A DNA stretch of 64,000 nt. Origin: Azolla caroliniana. Its lineage: Eukaryota; Plantae; Polypodiophyta. Of this stretch, positions 36,898 through 49,800 are shown in pieces; the first letter of the stretch is position 1; the number at the start of each line of letters is the position of its first letter. A model generated the notes under the pieces. The model was not told where the DNA came from, searched no databases, and worked only from the letters and a program-made list of their open reading frames with translations. The position numbers were made by a program, and so were the translations under genes. The DNA is taken from the NCBI GenBank assembly GCA_043228905.1, contig JBHGNT010000018.1, positions 9,610,001 to 9,674,000 on the forward strand, written 5' to 3'.

Positions 36898-39800
36898 ATG
36901 AAGAGAGGAAAAAAGCTTCTCTTCAACGAGGAGACAAAATCTCAGCCACACATTGACGTTAGCCAAAAGAAACTTGTCGCCGCTACTGGAGGTGAAGACC
37001 TTCCTGACCGTGATCTAACGAACAAGGAATGGTGTATGCAATATGTCGACTCAAAGAAAAAAGTCGTATTGTATACAACAAAGAAGAAGGGGGAGGGGCA
37101 ACTTGGAAAGGAAACCCCATTTATGTATGGCCGTATTCTACGATTTGACTACAAAGATGTAGATTCGGCCAACATACTGGTAATGATAGAGTGCTCCAAG
37201 GGGGTACGTAAAGTGTTCCTTTCAGAAGACCTTTTAGTAAAGGAATCTTGTGGGCCAGAAGCGTTCAAAAAAGATCTTGAAAGCTCACAAAACCTTATTG
37301 TTACCTTGAGGCCTTATATACAAGGCCATGTAACTCTAAGAGATGAAGTGCCCTCCCCATTGAAGGCCACAAAAAGGGTATCCAAAGTCCAGTCAAGACC
37401 ACCAAAGAAGAAGACAACCAAAATGTCAGACACCGATTCAACAAGTGAAAACGAAGAGGAGGACAATAAGGGGATGCCAGGAGCTGAGCTGGCATCAGGT
37501 GTTTTGTTATCCGAGCAGAATAAGATAAGGAGAGAGTTAATGCAACGTAAACTGGTCAGGAAAGGGCAAGTGTTTAATTTGCCTATAACACACATCCATC
37601 GGCCCCGTATTGATGAAAAAACAGGTCGACGATCACTTGAGATTAGAGAGCCACACCGCATGCATGTTCAAAATCTCAAGAAAAAAATGAAAATTAATCC
37701 TCATGCCACTGTGGTGCCTTTTATTGTTATGGTAGATCCTGAAGAATGTGAAACCATTGAAGATTTTGATATTAGAAAGCATGATCAATATAATTACTTT
37801 GTCATTGGTGGATCGCATTCAGCAGAGGCACGTCCGCAACTTGTGAGAGAACATCCAACGACTTTCTTCTTCAAGTATGCCGAGTGCAAAATTTATGTTG
37901 GGCTCACAACCGAAGAGGCTAAGCTGTTGGCATGGGACCATAATAATGATAATCACTATAAGCAGAAAATGTCATCCATTGAGCGTATACGGTTCTTCCA
38001 CCACGAGTATTTAGACATGAAACAAAAGTTTGGTGTGAAGTTACATCCAGGCCTATGACGTCAATGTCTGCATGAAGTCGGCATTGTTGTAGATGATAAT
38101 GTTAAGTCCGATGGTCATCGAAAATATGAGTCTTGGTTTCAATTGGCGTTTAGAGATGGAGAAGTATGGGACCTACAAGATCAAATCTTCTCAATGTGGG
38201 AGAATAAGGAGGTAAAGGGTCAACGACAAAAGAAATGTAAGGTTGACCCTCAACTAGAGTTAAAGTCACAAGCCACCAAGAAAATTGACTTGACAATTGA
38301 AGAAGCGGCAGACGACATGAAGTTGTCTCTGTGGAGATCGTGCAAGGTATTAAGGACGAGCAACTTCTTGTGTCTGTTTTGTCAAGGGTTGTGGCGAAAG
38401 ATTTAAGCCTTGAAGAAATGGTCACTGAGTTCAATAAGTCTTTCAAATACTGAAATTGTAGTCTATCTGGTGTAATTCAAAGTTCTAATCTTGATTTCTA
38501 ATTTTACAGTCATAAGGTGTACATGAAGATCCAAGAAGTTATGATGAAACAACTTGGATGTATAACTTGGGAACAAGTGACCGAGGATTATCCTCTAACG
38601 TCTTCATATAAGGCGTTATCAAAGTATTTTATTGCATTCAAGGATTGGGTTAGTATTGATGGTTTTTCATTACCCTTTCATCATATGTAGAGCTTGTATA
38701 ATAATACCTGATGTCCTATTGCTTCTATTAGAAACCATGTCGAGGCAAGAAACAAGGAGAAGTTAAGGATATACACGATTTCCCTACATCCTTCCTTGCA
38801 CATCTCGAGCGAGCCAGAAAAGAAAAGGATTGTTGCTTAGTCAAGGCGTATGAAATGGAGGAAGATGGCTCCTTTAAAAAATTTAGCCACAAAAAAGATA
38901 TTACGAGAGATCTTTACTACAATGTGGTTTGCGGTGATGTCGTCGACTTGATCCAAAAGGTGCCAAAGAAGGAATATACGCTAATGATTGCGGATATTCC
39001 TTACGGATTTCGAATGGCTAGGTCATCATACGACGATGAACCGTTTAGGTTTAAACAATTGGAGAAGATGGTCAAGGATTTCGCTGAGCTAACGGCTACA
39101 TCCTTGTGGCGAATAGTTGTCTTTCATAGTATGGACCAAGGGTACTCGGTAGCTCAAGCTTTGAGATCTCGTTGCCATGGCATCGAGAACCTTGCATGGT
39201 AAGGATTATTTATAGGTGTCTTTCACTATATTGCATTTCTTAAGGTTGTTCAATCTATTCTTAACTCGATGTATTCTTTTTTATAGGATCAAGACCAATG
39301 TAAATAGAGGGCCAACTTTTCGGTTCGTTGATGCCATTGAATACATCACGGTTGGCTACTTCGATGAAATTAAGAAACAGAGAATCAAGGAGCATTCTAA
39401 TGAAGTGGGAGGTTCAAATCTTTTGGTATATCCAGCAGTGACACAGAAATTGCGACATGTCACCACGACAGAACGGGGACTTGTCAACCCATATCAAAAA
39501 CCTCAATGACTTATGATGCGCTTGATCGAGATGTTTTCTATCGAAGGAGACTGGATATTAGATCTCTTTTCTGGCACAGGTATTCCTCGAACTAGGGTAA
39601 CGATCTTGAGATAACCAATCCTTTTTTTTTTTTTTTTGACAACTAAATCTTCTTGTTACTTACATCACAGTAATGACGTTTGCATGTGCATTGAAGCTCT
39701 TTAGAAATACAGTTGCATTGGAGAAGGACGAGGACCAGGTTATATTTATTAATATGCGGATTAAGGCTTTGTGGGAGTGCCCAGACCAGGATGAGGAGGT

Positions 39801-40023
39801 CGGTACAAAGAACCTCGCTAATACAGAAAGGTTTCAACCTGCTTCACGAGAGCCTATTCCTCCATTAGCCGGCGAACCGGGGGAGCTAATAGAGCTTGAT
39901 GATGAGCTTATAGAAGATATTTCGTTGGCTCGGCTAACAGGGGAAGCCAATGCATGTATAGCCGAAGAGAGTTCTACACAAGATGATGAAGAAAATAACA
40001 TTGATGAATTTATTGCTATGTAA
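36898..40023 (+). pseudogene. Multi-exon ParB/Srx-like domain plus beta-class N6-adenine/N4-cytosine DNA methyltransferase, disabled copy
   Basis: Predicted exons 36898-38437, 38510-38648, 38732-39198, 39287-39579 and 39671-40023, with GT-AG introns that keep the frame. Motifs YFVIGGSHSAEA, CGDVVDLI, LMIADIPYG, W-IKTN, EYITVG, NPYQKP, GDWILDLFSGTG and RNTVALEKD. Stops at 38056 and 39507, frameshift near 38340. Confidence 0.85.
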
Positions 40024-41033
40024 TAGACTCTATGAAGAAAATGACACTAACGATTTGTTAGGATTTCACATTATTATTACAAATTTTGGGTTTTACCTAG
40101 TGGATTCTATTCTTTATAATCTTCTATATGTTTCAATTTTATTTTTATATACTTGGTTAGTAGATTTATGACATTGGTTTCACCGCGTGCATAACTGACT
40201 ACCAAATTTATGGAGAAACATGAATTAGTTTAAATTGAGGCTGATTTTGGTCCAAGCTAACCTTAACAGAACATGGCCCTACAATTGTTGCCATGACTGT
40301 CCATGTTGTTATTATGGACCTTTGTCTTCTATTGTTAAAACTATTATGTTTCTATTCCATTGTTGCTTAGATTGTGTAGTGTGTTGATAATGGTTCCAGT
40401 TGCGTTATCGTTCGGAGTTTGATCCTGTGTGAATCACCTAAGCAATAGAGTAGATCAATTTTAAATACAGGTATGAAAGCCTAATAGGTTTGTTATTTCC
40501 ACGACATTATCCTAAAGTTCACTACCTTACATTGTCCACAATTATATACATATGGTTTGATCCCATATGAACAAACTGAGGAATAGATTAGATCAACTTT
40601 AAATACAAGTATTGAATACTTTAAGAAGTTAGTTATTCCAATCACTTATCTTAATGTGCACTATCCTACATTTTCCACAATTACATACATGCACGTATGG
40701 GTCAAAGTATAAATTATAACTCATTTTATTAGTATGGATACAAGTACACCTGATATTTTTGTAAAACTTACCTAATTAATATAAGTCTTTAAGTTAGTGT
40801 TTCCCTTGTCGCACAGTAGTGACATATTGAGCCATTGTTGAACTTTATTATGCCTACATTAACTTATCAACGTGTCTAAACTTGCATGATTTCTAATGAT
40901 CTCCACTCGTAGACCTATCATGTATTTTTATATTTGCAAATTCTCATCAAGTTGAGGAACATGTGATACTAGTGCATCCAATTTTTGTAGAGAGGGTGTA
41001 TTTGCTTCGTTTTAAGAAGATTCTACAAGTGGA

Positions 41034-41070
41034 ATGCGCAATCCTTCCACTTGTGAACGCAAACGTGTTT
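41034..41070 (-). repeat. Right terminal inverted repeat
   Basis: ATGCGCAATCCTTCCACTTGTGAACGCAAACGTGTTT, the reverse complement of the left TIR with 2 CpG-type transitions. Confidence 0.93.
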
Positions 41071-42377
41071 CAAGGGAACTTCACCAACATTTGCGATTGG
41101 ATGCGGAGTGTCGTCTCCGGTTGCGACTACTCCTGGTTGCGTCGGTTTGTCAAGATATGAGAACCACTGCTCGTGGCACGTCATGTGGTTTGACGCGCCG
41201 GAGTCGACGTACCACACCTCGTCCGATCTCAGGGCGGACTGCTTCATTGAGTTTGCTTCGTGTCTCATCACGAAGACTAACCCTTTTCCGGCTTCTCCGG
41301 ATCCTTCAGCGTAGTGCGATCGCTGCTGGTTTCCTTTGTTGGTATGTCCGGAACCAGATCTAGAACCGGTCCTCTCCGACTCGGTGCACTTTTTCCAACA
41401 CTCGCTCTCCTTGTGGCCTTTCTTGCCACAGTACCAGCATTCCGCGGCAGATTTTCCTTGCCGGTTCTCGTTGCCCCAACTCCCCCTGTTTCCGGAGGGT
41501 CCAGAATTGTTGTCGACATCACTTCAGTGCCTTCTTCCTTGATCCCGTCAGCCGCCTCCATTGCGTACCGACTCACCTCGTCTGCCACGACCACAGGGCC
41601 TCTCTCTCTCCGTGTACAACATCTTGCTGTCGGCATGCTTGCTTGTCGACGCACCCGCGTGGTTCTCCTCTATAAGGAGCATCGACTGTAAGTCGAAAAA
41701 CGACGACGTATTCTCCCGGGTACATACAACAGTTCGGAATGCCCCGAACTTCGACACTAAACCCCCAAGACAGACCTGGACCATTGCTTTCGTTGATGTT
41801 CACATCGATGGAAGGTAAGGAGTCGCAAATGTTCTTAATCCTCGAGGTATAGTCAGCCACCGACAAATCGCGTTGCCGTAGGTTGCTCAACTACTGTCGG
41901 AGCTGAAGCTTCCTAGCTGTGGTGCTCGCACTCTGATACCATGAAAATAATTGTGTGCAGAAGCAATATAGGAAAACCGAACAACGGAAAACGCAGGTTT
42001 AATGGAAAGCTTAGGTTTTCACAATACGCACGGGAGAGACAGAGAGAGAGTAAAACACAGAACTTAATTCAAAAATAATACTCAATCTGTACATAGGATG
42101 TGCTCAGTGAGCACTTTTATACAAGCCCTGACAATCGGGCTGACACAAGTATTGATAGTACTTGACTGCTCATAAATGAGCTTCGACTCTTACTCCCAAA
42201 ACTATTCCTTACGAGGAATATCTCTCTAACGGCCTTTCGGTTTACACACCGATATGGCCTTCCTACGCACCGGTCTGCGTACCATTTTACGCAACCATTT
42301 TATGCACGTCTGGCCTAACCGATCCAGTCCTTGGCTTGCTCAGCCAATCCGGCCAATGTTGAGCTTGTCTCTTAATA

Positions 42378-44349
42378 GATTGCAATACTTCGTGACATTC
42401 TTAGATGACCACAGCCGGAAGTTGTGGGTCTCGCCGTTGAAGACGAAGGATCAAGTGTTATCCATCTTCAAGGAGCTCCACGCGAGATTGGAAAGAGAAA
42501 CTGGTCGGAAGCTGAAGGCGGTTCGAGCAGATAACAGAGGAGAATACCGGGGGTAATTCGAGGAGTACTGCCACTCGAAGGGAATCCGGCTCGAATTTAC
42601 CGTCCCGAAGACGCTTGAACTTAATGGGTTGGCTGAGAGGATAAACCGAACCATAATGGAGAGGGTCTGAAGTATGCTAGCACATGCCAAGTTACCCAAG
42701 ACGTTTTGGGTTGAGGCGCTGACGACAGCGATGTACGTGATAAACAAAGCACCCTCAGTCCCTTGGATGGAGACACACTGCAGAGAGTGTGGACCGGTAA
42801 GGAAGTGTCTTACCGGCATCTGAAGGTGTTCGGGTGCCTCACTTACGTGCATGTGGCAAAGGACCGGAGAGAAAAGTTGGATCCAAAGACTCGGCCTTGC
42901 ATATTCCTCGGATATGGCGATCATGAGTTCGGTTACAGCGTGTGGGACCCCGTAGACAAGAAGATGTTCCGGAGTCGAGATATTATCTTCATGGAGGACA
43001 AGACACTTGCCGACTAGGAGTTGGAGAAGAAGATAATGAACTCTAAGTCAACCAGTAAGGATCGGTTCGATGAGATTCGGACCTACCCATCTAAGAGCCG
43101 GTTGACACTCGAAGAACCGGCCGGTTACGGTGAGGATACCGAACCGGCAGAAGAAAAAGAAGAGGAAGGTGGAACTGGAACTGGCCAAGATCCTGAATCA
43201 GATTCAAATGAAGAACAAACGCAGGAGCCGGTTACCGAAAACCGAAGTCGGAGATATCCTCTCAGAGACAGAAGGCCCCCCCGGAGATTTCCGGATCCAA
43301 AGCATGTGTTGCTAACTGATGAGGGGGAGCCAGAAAGCTGTGAAGAAGCAAGGGAGGACACCAATAGCTGCAAGTGGTTAAGTGCCATGCAAGATGAGAT
43401 GGATTCCCTACATGAGAACCACACGTATGAATTGGTGGAGTTTCCAAAAGGAAAGCGGGAACTTCAAAACAAGTAGGTCTACAAGCTGAAACCAGGAGAT
43501 GCCGATAACCCCCCAAGATACAAAGCCAGGATCGTGGTGAAGGGGTTCCAGCAGAAGAAGGGCCTAGACTTCGACAAGATATTTGCCCCGGTAGTAAAGA
43601 TGACTTCTATCTGGACGGTGCTGAGCATAGCGGCAGGCATGGACCTCGAGGTAGAGCAGTTAGACATGAAGACGACGTTCCTCCATGACGACCACGAAGA
43701 GGAGATCTACATGCAACAACCGGAGGGATTTGTGAAGAAAGGGAAGGATCATTTGGTTTGCCGGTTGAAGAAGAGCCTCTACGGTTTGAAGCAGGCTCCC
43801 CGGCAATGGTACCGAAAGTTTGACTCCTTCATGACCAATCAAGGGTACCACAAGACATAGGCCGATCACTACATATTTGTGAAGAAGTTCGAAGGTGAAG
43901 ACTTCCTGATACTCCTCCTGTATGTGGACGACATGTTGATCGTCGGACGAGACCAAGTCAAGATATGGATGCTGAAGAAGGCTTTGAACCAGACCTTCTC
44001 AATGAAAGACTTGGGTTCGGCAAGACAGATACTGGGGATGCATATCATCCGGGACCGGTCAAAGAAGCAATTGTGGCTATCACAGGAGAAATATGTGACA
44101 AAGGTGCTTCAACGGTTCAACATGTCAAATGTGAAACGGGTCGGATCGACACTCTCGGCAAACTGCAGATTATCCGGTAAGCAAAGCCCGAAGACGAAGG
44201 CAGAGAAGGTGGATATGATGAAGATACCATATGCCTCTATTGTCGGTAGCTTGATGTACGCAATGGTGTGCACCCGACCGGATATCGGATACGCAGTAGG
44301 AGTGGTGAGCCGTTTCATGAGCAATCCCAGCAAGGGGCACTGCAATGCC
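42378..44349 (+). pseudogene. Ty1/copia integrase-RT remnant (probably the right part of copia A)
   Basis: YFVTFLDDHSRKLW, RADNRGEY, SLYGLKQAPRQW and LLYVDDMLI. Multiple stops. Homologous to the intact copia. Confidence 0.9.
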
Positions 44350-46543
44350 CTAACACAGGGTGTCCTCTTGAGACACTTCACAAAAGGGGTGTTGCGGTGA
44401 GATAAACTTAGACCGAACTATTAACGAAACCCTAATCGATTACTAATCGGCAAGATCATTAGTCACAATACACGTGTAAGATGAATTACACTTAGCACAG
44501 AACAATAATTAACACTGATTAAGATACAGAACAACAACACTCTATTAATTACAGAACAAACAAACCGGGTCCTTTTATAGGTCACCGGCTCTGGGTACAA
44601 ACCGGTGCCAACCAGCAACCGGCTACGAACCGGTCTGGATCCAGATCGCCATACCGATTCCGGGTCCGTCCATTTGCTTCTCAAAATCATAATAATTCTA
44701 GATTAATTATCCCTTTCCGATTCTGGACTCTATTCGGCTCTTAGGTCTTTGTCGACCAATACATGGCACGCCCATGGCACAGTACCTTGTACGTCGAATC
44801 CCACGATTCACCCTTTACTCTTCTTCCAAAATGTCCAGAATGCTTTGGTCTAGGGGTTCTAAAGGCTCCTCGGGTAGTTACTCTACCGTTGGTTGCTGCT
44901 CTTGCTCTTGCTCCTACTCCTACTCCTTCTCCTCTAGTTTCTCCGGTTCCACTGGTCCTCCAATTCCCCTGGTCCCTCTAGCTCTACTAGTCACTCTGAT
45001 TCTACCAGTCCCGAGGCTTCCGGTTCTAGTTCTATTGGGTTGGGCTCCTCCGACTACTGGTTTTCGGTGTGCCGGTTTCCATCCTTCGGTTGCTCCTCCG
45101 GAGTTACATACGGCTGGCTTCCCCCAGTTCCGACTTCATTCGGCGCCTGCTCCGAATACTGCTCTTCATCACTGATATTGATCGTCGTAGTTCTTCGGAT
45201 CACTTCATGCCGTTGTTGTTTTCGTTCATACCACTCGAGTTGGAGCTGTGTATCCAGCTGGTTGTCGTCCAGCTACTCCACCAATCGCCTCATCGCCACC
45301 AATTGGTCCCCGGCTAAAGATAGGAAGTCGTTCGACAATTCCTCCCTTATGGCAACAATGTTTCCCTCGTCCAATATATAGAAATCGTCGTCTTCCTTCC
45401 GTCGGTTCTCCGCATCCGATCGCAGCAATTGTAACTTCGTCGGCTGCTTAGCCCATTGAGACCACCAACCATTGAACCGAACTTTCTTCTACTAGTTTTT
45501 CCTCCGATCTCTCCATGTCCGCACCAGATCACGGATTCTCCCTAGCCCCATCTTCGACTTGTTCTCCGTGGCCTGTTTTTCGTCCTTCAACTATTTGATC
45601 AGGCTCGCGGTTGCCACTTCTTAGCTTCTGTAGTGCATGAGTTGGGTCTGATAGGTCGTCTGAACTTTGTTCAGAGCCATTGTAGTGTGCTCTGTTGCCT
45701 CCGAGTGCTGCCAGGTCAGCTCTACCCAACCTCTGAGTGCCGCTTCTGCCAGTTGTTTTGTTGCTTCAACCCCCTTTGATTGTTCCTCTACCAAGGCTGC
45801 CAGGGTCCGGTTAACTTCCTCCTGGACTTCCTTATACTTTTCCTACTACTGGACACTTTCAGTAATCAATTTCTTATGATCAGCATCCAAATTCTTATAA
45901 TCCCGGTGCAGTCGGTCGAAGTCGTCGATTTTCTGTTTTAGCTTTTGATTGATTAGCCGGCAAGCACGGTCCTCTCAGTCTTTTTGTTGCCTGAGCTCCT
46001 CTTTGAGGCACTCAATTTCCACTTCTGTCGTTCGTCGGAGTTTCTCTTTCTCTTGCAGGAGTTTTGTCGCGGTTCCGCCTCAGGCCACAACCAAGGAACA
46101 GGATCGATTCACAGAAAACGGGAAATACACCAATGCACGAAAACAATAGAGAGAAGGGCACACTGGATGTTTTACGTGGAAAACCCTAAATGGGAAAAAC
46201 CACGGGAGTGCAAGACTCCAACTATCACTATACGCGGGAATGTACAATGGCGAGCTGCAAGGCGACGACCTTGAGCTCGCTGTCCTCGCCACAGGCGGCG
46301 GTATTACACAGAGGCGTCGACCTCTTCCTTCCTCCTTCTCTCTCACTCTCTCTCGGCTGCTCTCACTTCGCTCCCTCTTAGTGGAAAAACAGAAAATGAG
46401 CAACAACAACAGTTAAACTGTTTGCCCTAAGTCATATTTATACACATATGACTTTCGGGCTATTTACAAATAAAGCCTCAAGGGCTCTTGGAAAACATAT
46501 TCACAAATATGTCCCCGCATCCGGATCTCTCTCCGGGTACATT

Positions 46544-46760
46544 CATCATCCGGCTCCGTAACCGGGGTTCTTCAGCATCCGGCTCCGTAGCCTGGGTATT
46601 CATCATCCGGCTCCGTAACCGGGGTCTTCGTCATCCGGCTCCGTAGCCGGGGTATTCATCATCCGGCTCCGTAGCCGGGGTCTTCGTCATCCGGCTCCGT
46701 AGCCGGGGTCTTCGTCATCCGGCTCCGTAGCCGGGGTATTCATCATCCGGCTCCGTAACC
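46544..46760. repeat. 28-bp GC-rich tandem repeat in the copia LTR (also ~51417-51633)
   Basis: About 8 copies of CATCCGGCTCCGTAGCCGGGGTMTTCRT. Confidence 0.9.
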
Positions 46761-46832
46761 GCAACCGGGCTTGCCGTCATTCATCTCCGGACATCCCATC
46801 CGGAGGGACCGAAATCCCAACAAGCTCCCCCT

Positions 46833-49800
46833 TCACTTCGGCATGGGATGTCTCTCCAATCCGATCCTCTTCCGGCATGCTTCCAGCTTGTCGGGTGTGA
46901 GCACTTTGGTCAGCATATCTGAGCCGTTCTCGTTCGTGTGGATCTTCGTCAGCACGAACTCCTGGTCTTCTATCCTTTCCCGGATCCAGTGATATCTTCG
47001 CTGGATGTGCTTCGTCCGGGAGTGATAGGCCGCGTTCTTCGCAAGGTGGATGGCACTCTGACTATCGCAGTAGAGTCGGTACTCCTCCTGCCGGATCCCG
47101 AGCTCTCTAATGAAGTCCTTCATCCATATTATTTCCTTGCCGGCTTCAACAGCCGCCATGTACTCCGCCTCCGTGGTTGACAACGCAACCGTCTTCTGCA
47201 GCCTCGACTGCCACGAAACAGCTCCCCCTGCATACGTCATCACATACCCTGATGTGGACCGGCTGGTATCTGCATCAGCCGACATATCCGAATCGGTGAA
47301 GCCGTCGAGTTCGGGCTTACCGGAGCCGAATCGGAGGCACACGTTTGCCGTGCCCTTCAGGTATCGGAGTATCCACTTGGCCGCGTTCCAATGCTCTTTG
47401 CCGGGATTGCTCATGTACCGGCTCACCACTCCGACTGCATATCCGATGTCCGGTCTTGTACACACCATGGCGTACATCAAGCTCCCCACGGCTGAGGCAT
47501 ACAGCACTTTCATCATATCCTCCTTTTCAGCCTTTGTCTTGGGACTTTGCTTGCTGGACAGCTTGCAGTTTGCCGGGAGGGTTGACCCGACAGGTCTTGC
47601 TTCCGACATGTTGAACCGTTGAAGCACCTTTGTCACGTACTTCTCCTGTGACAGCCACAACTGCTTCTTCTTCCGGTCCCGGATGATATGCATCCCTAGT
47701 ATTTGCCTCGCCGGACCCAAGTCCTTCATTGAGAAGGTTCGGTGAAGAGCCTTCTTCAGCATCCGTATCTTGACCTGGTCCCGTCCGACGATCAACATGT
47801 CGTCCACGTACAGGAGGAGTATTAGAAAGTCTCCTCCTTCGAACTTCTTCACAAACACGCAGTGATCAGACTGCGTTTTGTGGTACCCTTCGTTGGTCAT
47901 GAAGGAGTCGAACTTCCGGTACCATTGCCGGGGAGCCTGCTTCAGTCCGTAAAGGCTCTTCTTCAACCGGCATACCAGGTGCTCCTTCCCTTTCTTCTCG
48001 AATCCTTCCGGTTGCTGCATGTAGATCTCTTCTTCGAGGTCGCCGTGAAGGAATGCCGTCTTCACGTCCATCTGTTCTACCTCGAGGTCCATGCTTGCCG
48101 CTATGCTCAGCACCGTCCGAATGGAGGTCATCTTCACTACCGGGGCAAATATTTCGTCGAAGTCGACGCCCTTCTTCTGCTGAAACCCCTTCACCACGAT
48201 CCTGGCTTTGTATCTCGGGGGGTTTCCGGCATCTCCCGGTTTCAGCTTGAACACCCACTTGTTTCGAAGTGCCCGCTTTCCATTCGGCAACTCCACAAGT
48301 TCGTATGTGTGGTTCTCATGCAGGGAATCCATCTCGTCCTGCATGGCACTCAACCACCTGCGGCTCTGGGTGTCATGCTTTGCTTCTTCAAAGCTCTCCG
48401 GCTCCCCCTCGTCGGTTAGCAGCACGTGCTCTGGTTCCGGAAATCTCCGGGGGGCCCTTCTCTCTCTTAGAGGATATCTCCATTCCGGAGCTTCGGTAAC
48501 CGGTTCTTCCGATTCTTCTTCATCCGAATCCATTTCGGGATCGGGGCCGGTTCCGGTATTATTTTCATCTTCTTCGGCCGGTTCTGTTTCTTCACCGTCT
48601 TCGGCCGGGTCCTCGAGTGCTAACCGGTCCCTTGCCGGTCGGGACTGCTCCTCGTAGAGTTGATCCTCACCGGTCGATTTGGAGCTCTTCATCTTCTTCT
48701 CCGACTCCCAGTCGGCGAGTGTCTTGTTCTCCACGAAGATGATATCACGACTCCGGAATATCTTCTTGTCGACCGGGTCCCATACTCGGTAGCCGAACTC
48801 GTCGTCGCCGTAACCGAGGAATATGCATGGCCAGGTCTTTGGATCTAGCTTTCCTCTCCGGTCCTTTGCCACATGCACGTATGCGAGACACCCGAACACC
48901 TTCAGATGCCGGTAAGATATTTTCCTACCGGTCCACACTCTCTGCGGCGTGTCTCCGTCCAAAGGTACTGAGGGTGATCGGTTTATCACATATGTCGCCG
49001 TCGACATTGCCTCAGCCCAAAACCCCTTGGGTAATTTCGCATGCGCCAGCATACTCCGGACCCTCTCCATTATGGTCCGGTTCATCCTCTCGGCCAGCCC
49101 GTTTAGTTCCGGCGTCTTCGGCACAGTGAACTCGAGCCGGATTCCCTTCGAGCGACAGTACTCCTGGAACTGCCCCCAGTATTCCCCTCCGTTATCCGCT
49201 CGTATCGCTTTCAGCTTCTTGCCGGATTCTCTTTCCACTCTCGCGTGGAGTTCTTTGAAGACGGACAATACTTGGTCCTTTGTCTTCAACGGTGCCGTCC
49301 ACAGCTTCCGGCTGTGATCATCAATGAATGTTACGAAGTACTGGGCTCCGCCATGTGACTTCATTTCTACCTGACACACATCAGTGTGCACCAACTCCAA
49401 TGGTGCGCTACGTCTCGTCGGTGGCCTTGAGTGGAAGGAGGTCCGGTTTTGCTTACCGGCCAGACAGTCGGTGCACTTCTCCAGGTGCACATGCTTCACT
49501 GGAATAAGGTTGTCTTCTGCAAGCCTCTTCATCCCCTTCTCACTCATGTGGCACAGTCTCTTGTGCCACAGCTCACCGGCAGTGTCGGCTGCCACATTCA
49601 GTTCTTCCGGACATAACCGGGCATTCATCAGGTACAGTGTGTTGTCTTTCCGGGCCCGAGCCACTATCAGGCTCCCTTTGCTGAACTTCATGACACTGTT
49701 CCGGATGCTACCCGTGTAGCCTTCATCATCTAGCCTCCCGGCCGAGATCAGGTTCAATCGGACCTCCGGAACGTGTCGAACATCCTTCAGCAGCATCTTG

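Larger units (their letters stand above)
31741..41070. mobile_element. 9.33-kb TIR DNA transposon (Sola-like DDD transposase plus ParB-methyltransferase second gene)
   Basis: 37-bp TIRs, 35/37 identical. Flanks GGCTCA|...|CAAGGGAAC rebuild the copia C sequence seen uninterrupted near 63880-63897, with a CA duplication. Confidence 0.93.
19735..42377 (-). mobile_element. Degenerate Ty1/copia C, split by gypsy and DNA-transposon insertions
   Basis: LTRs at 19735-20186 and 41942-42377. PPT at 20187-20198. iMet PBS TGGTATCAGAG at ~41931-41941. RH/RT 20200-22385, IN 30357-31740, PR/gag 41071-41925. Paralogous to 59793-64000. Confidence 0.9.

Noticed and set aside
36898-40023. Bacterial or phage contamination explaining the ParB-methyltransferase gene
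   Set aside because: The gene has frame-preserving GT-AG introns and lies inside TIRs nested in a plant copia element.
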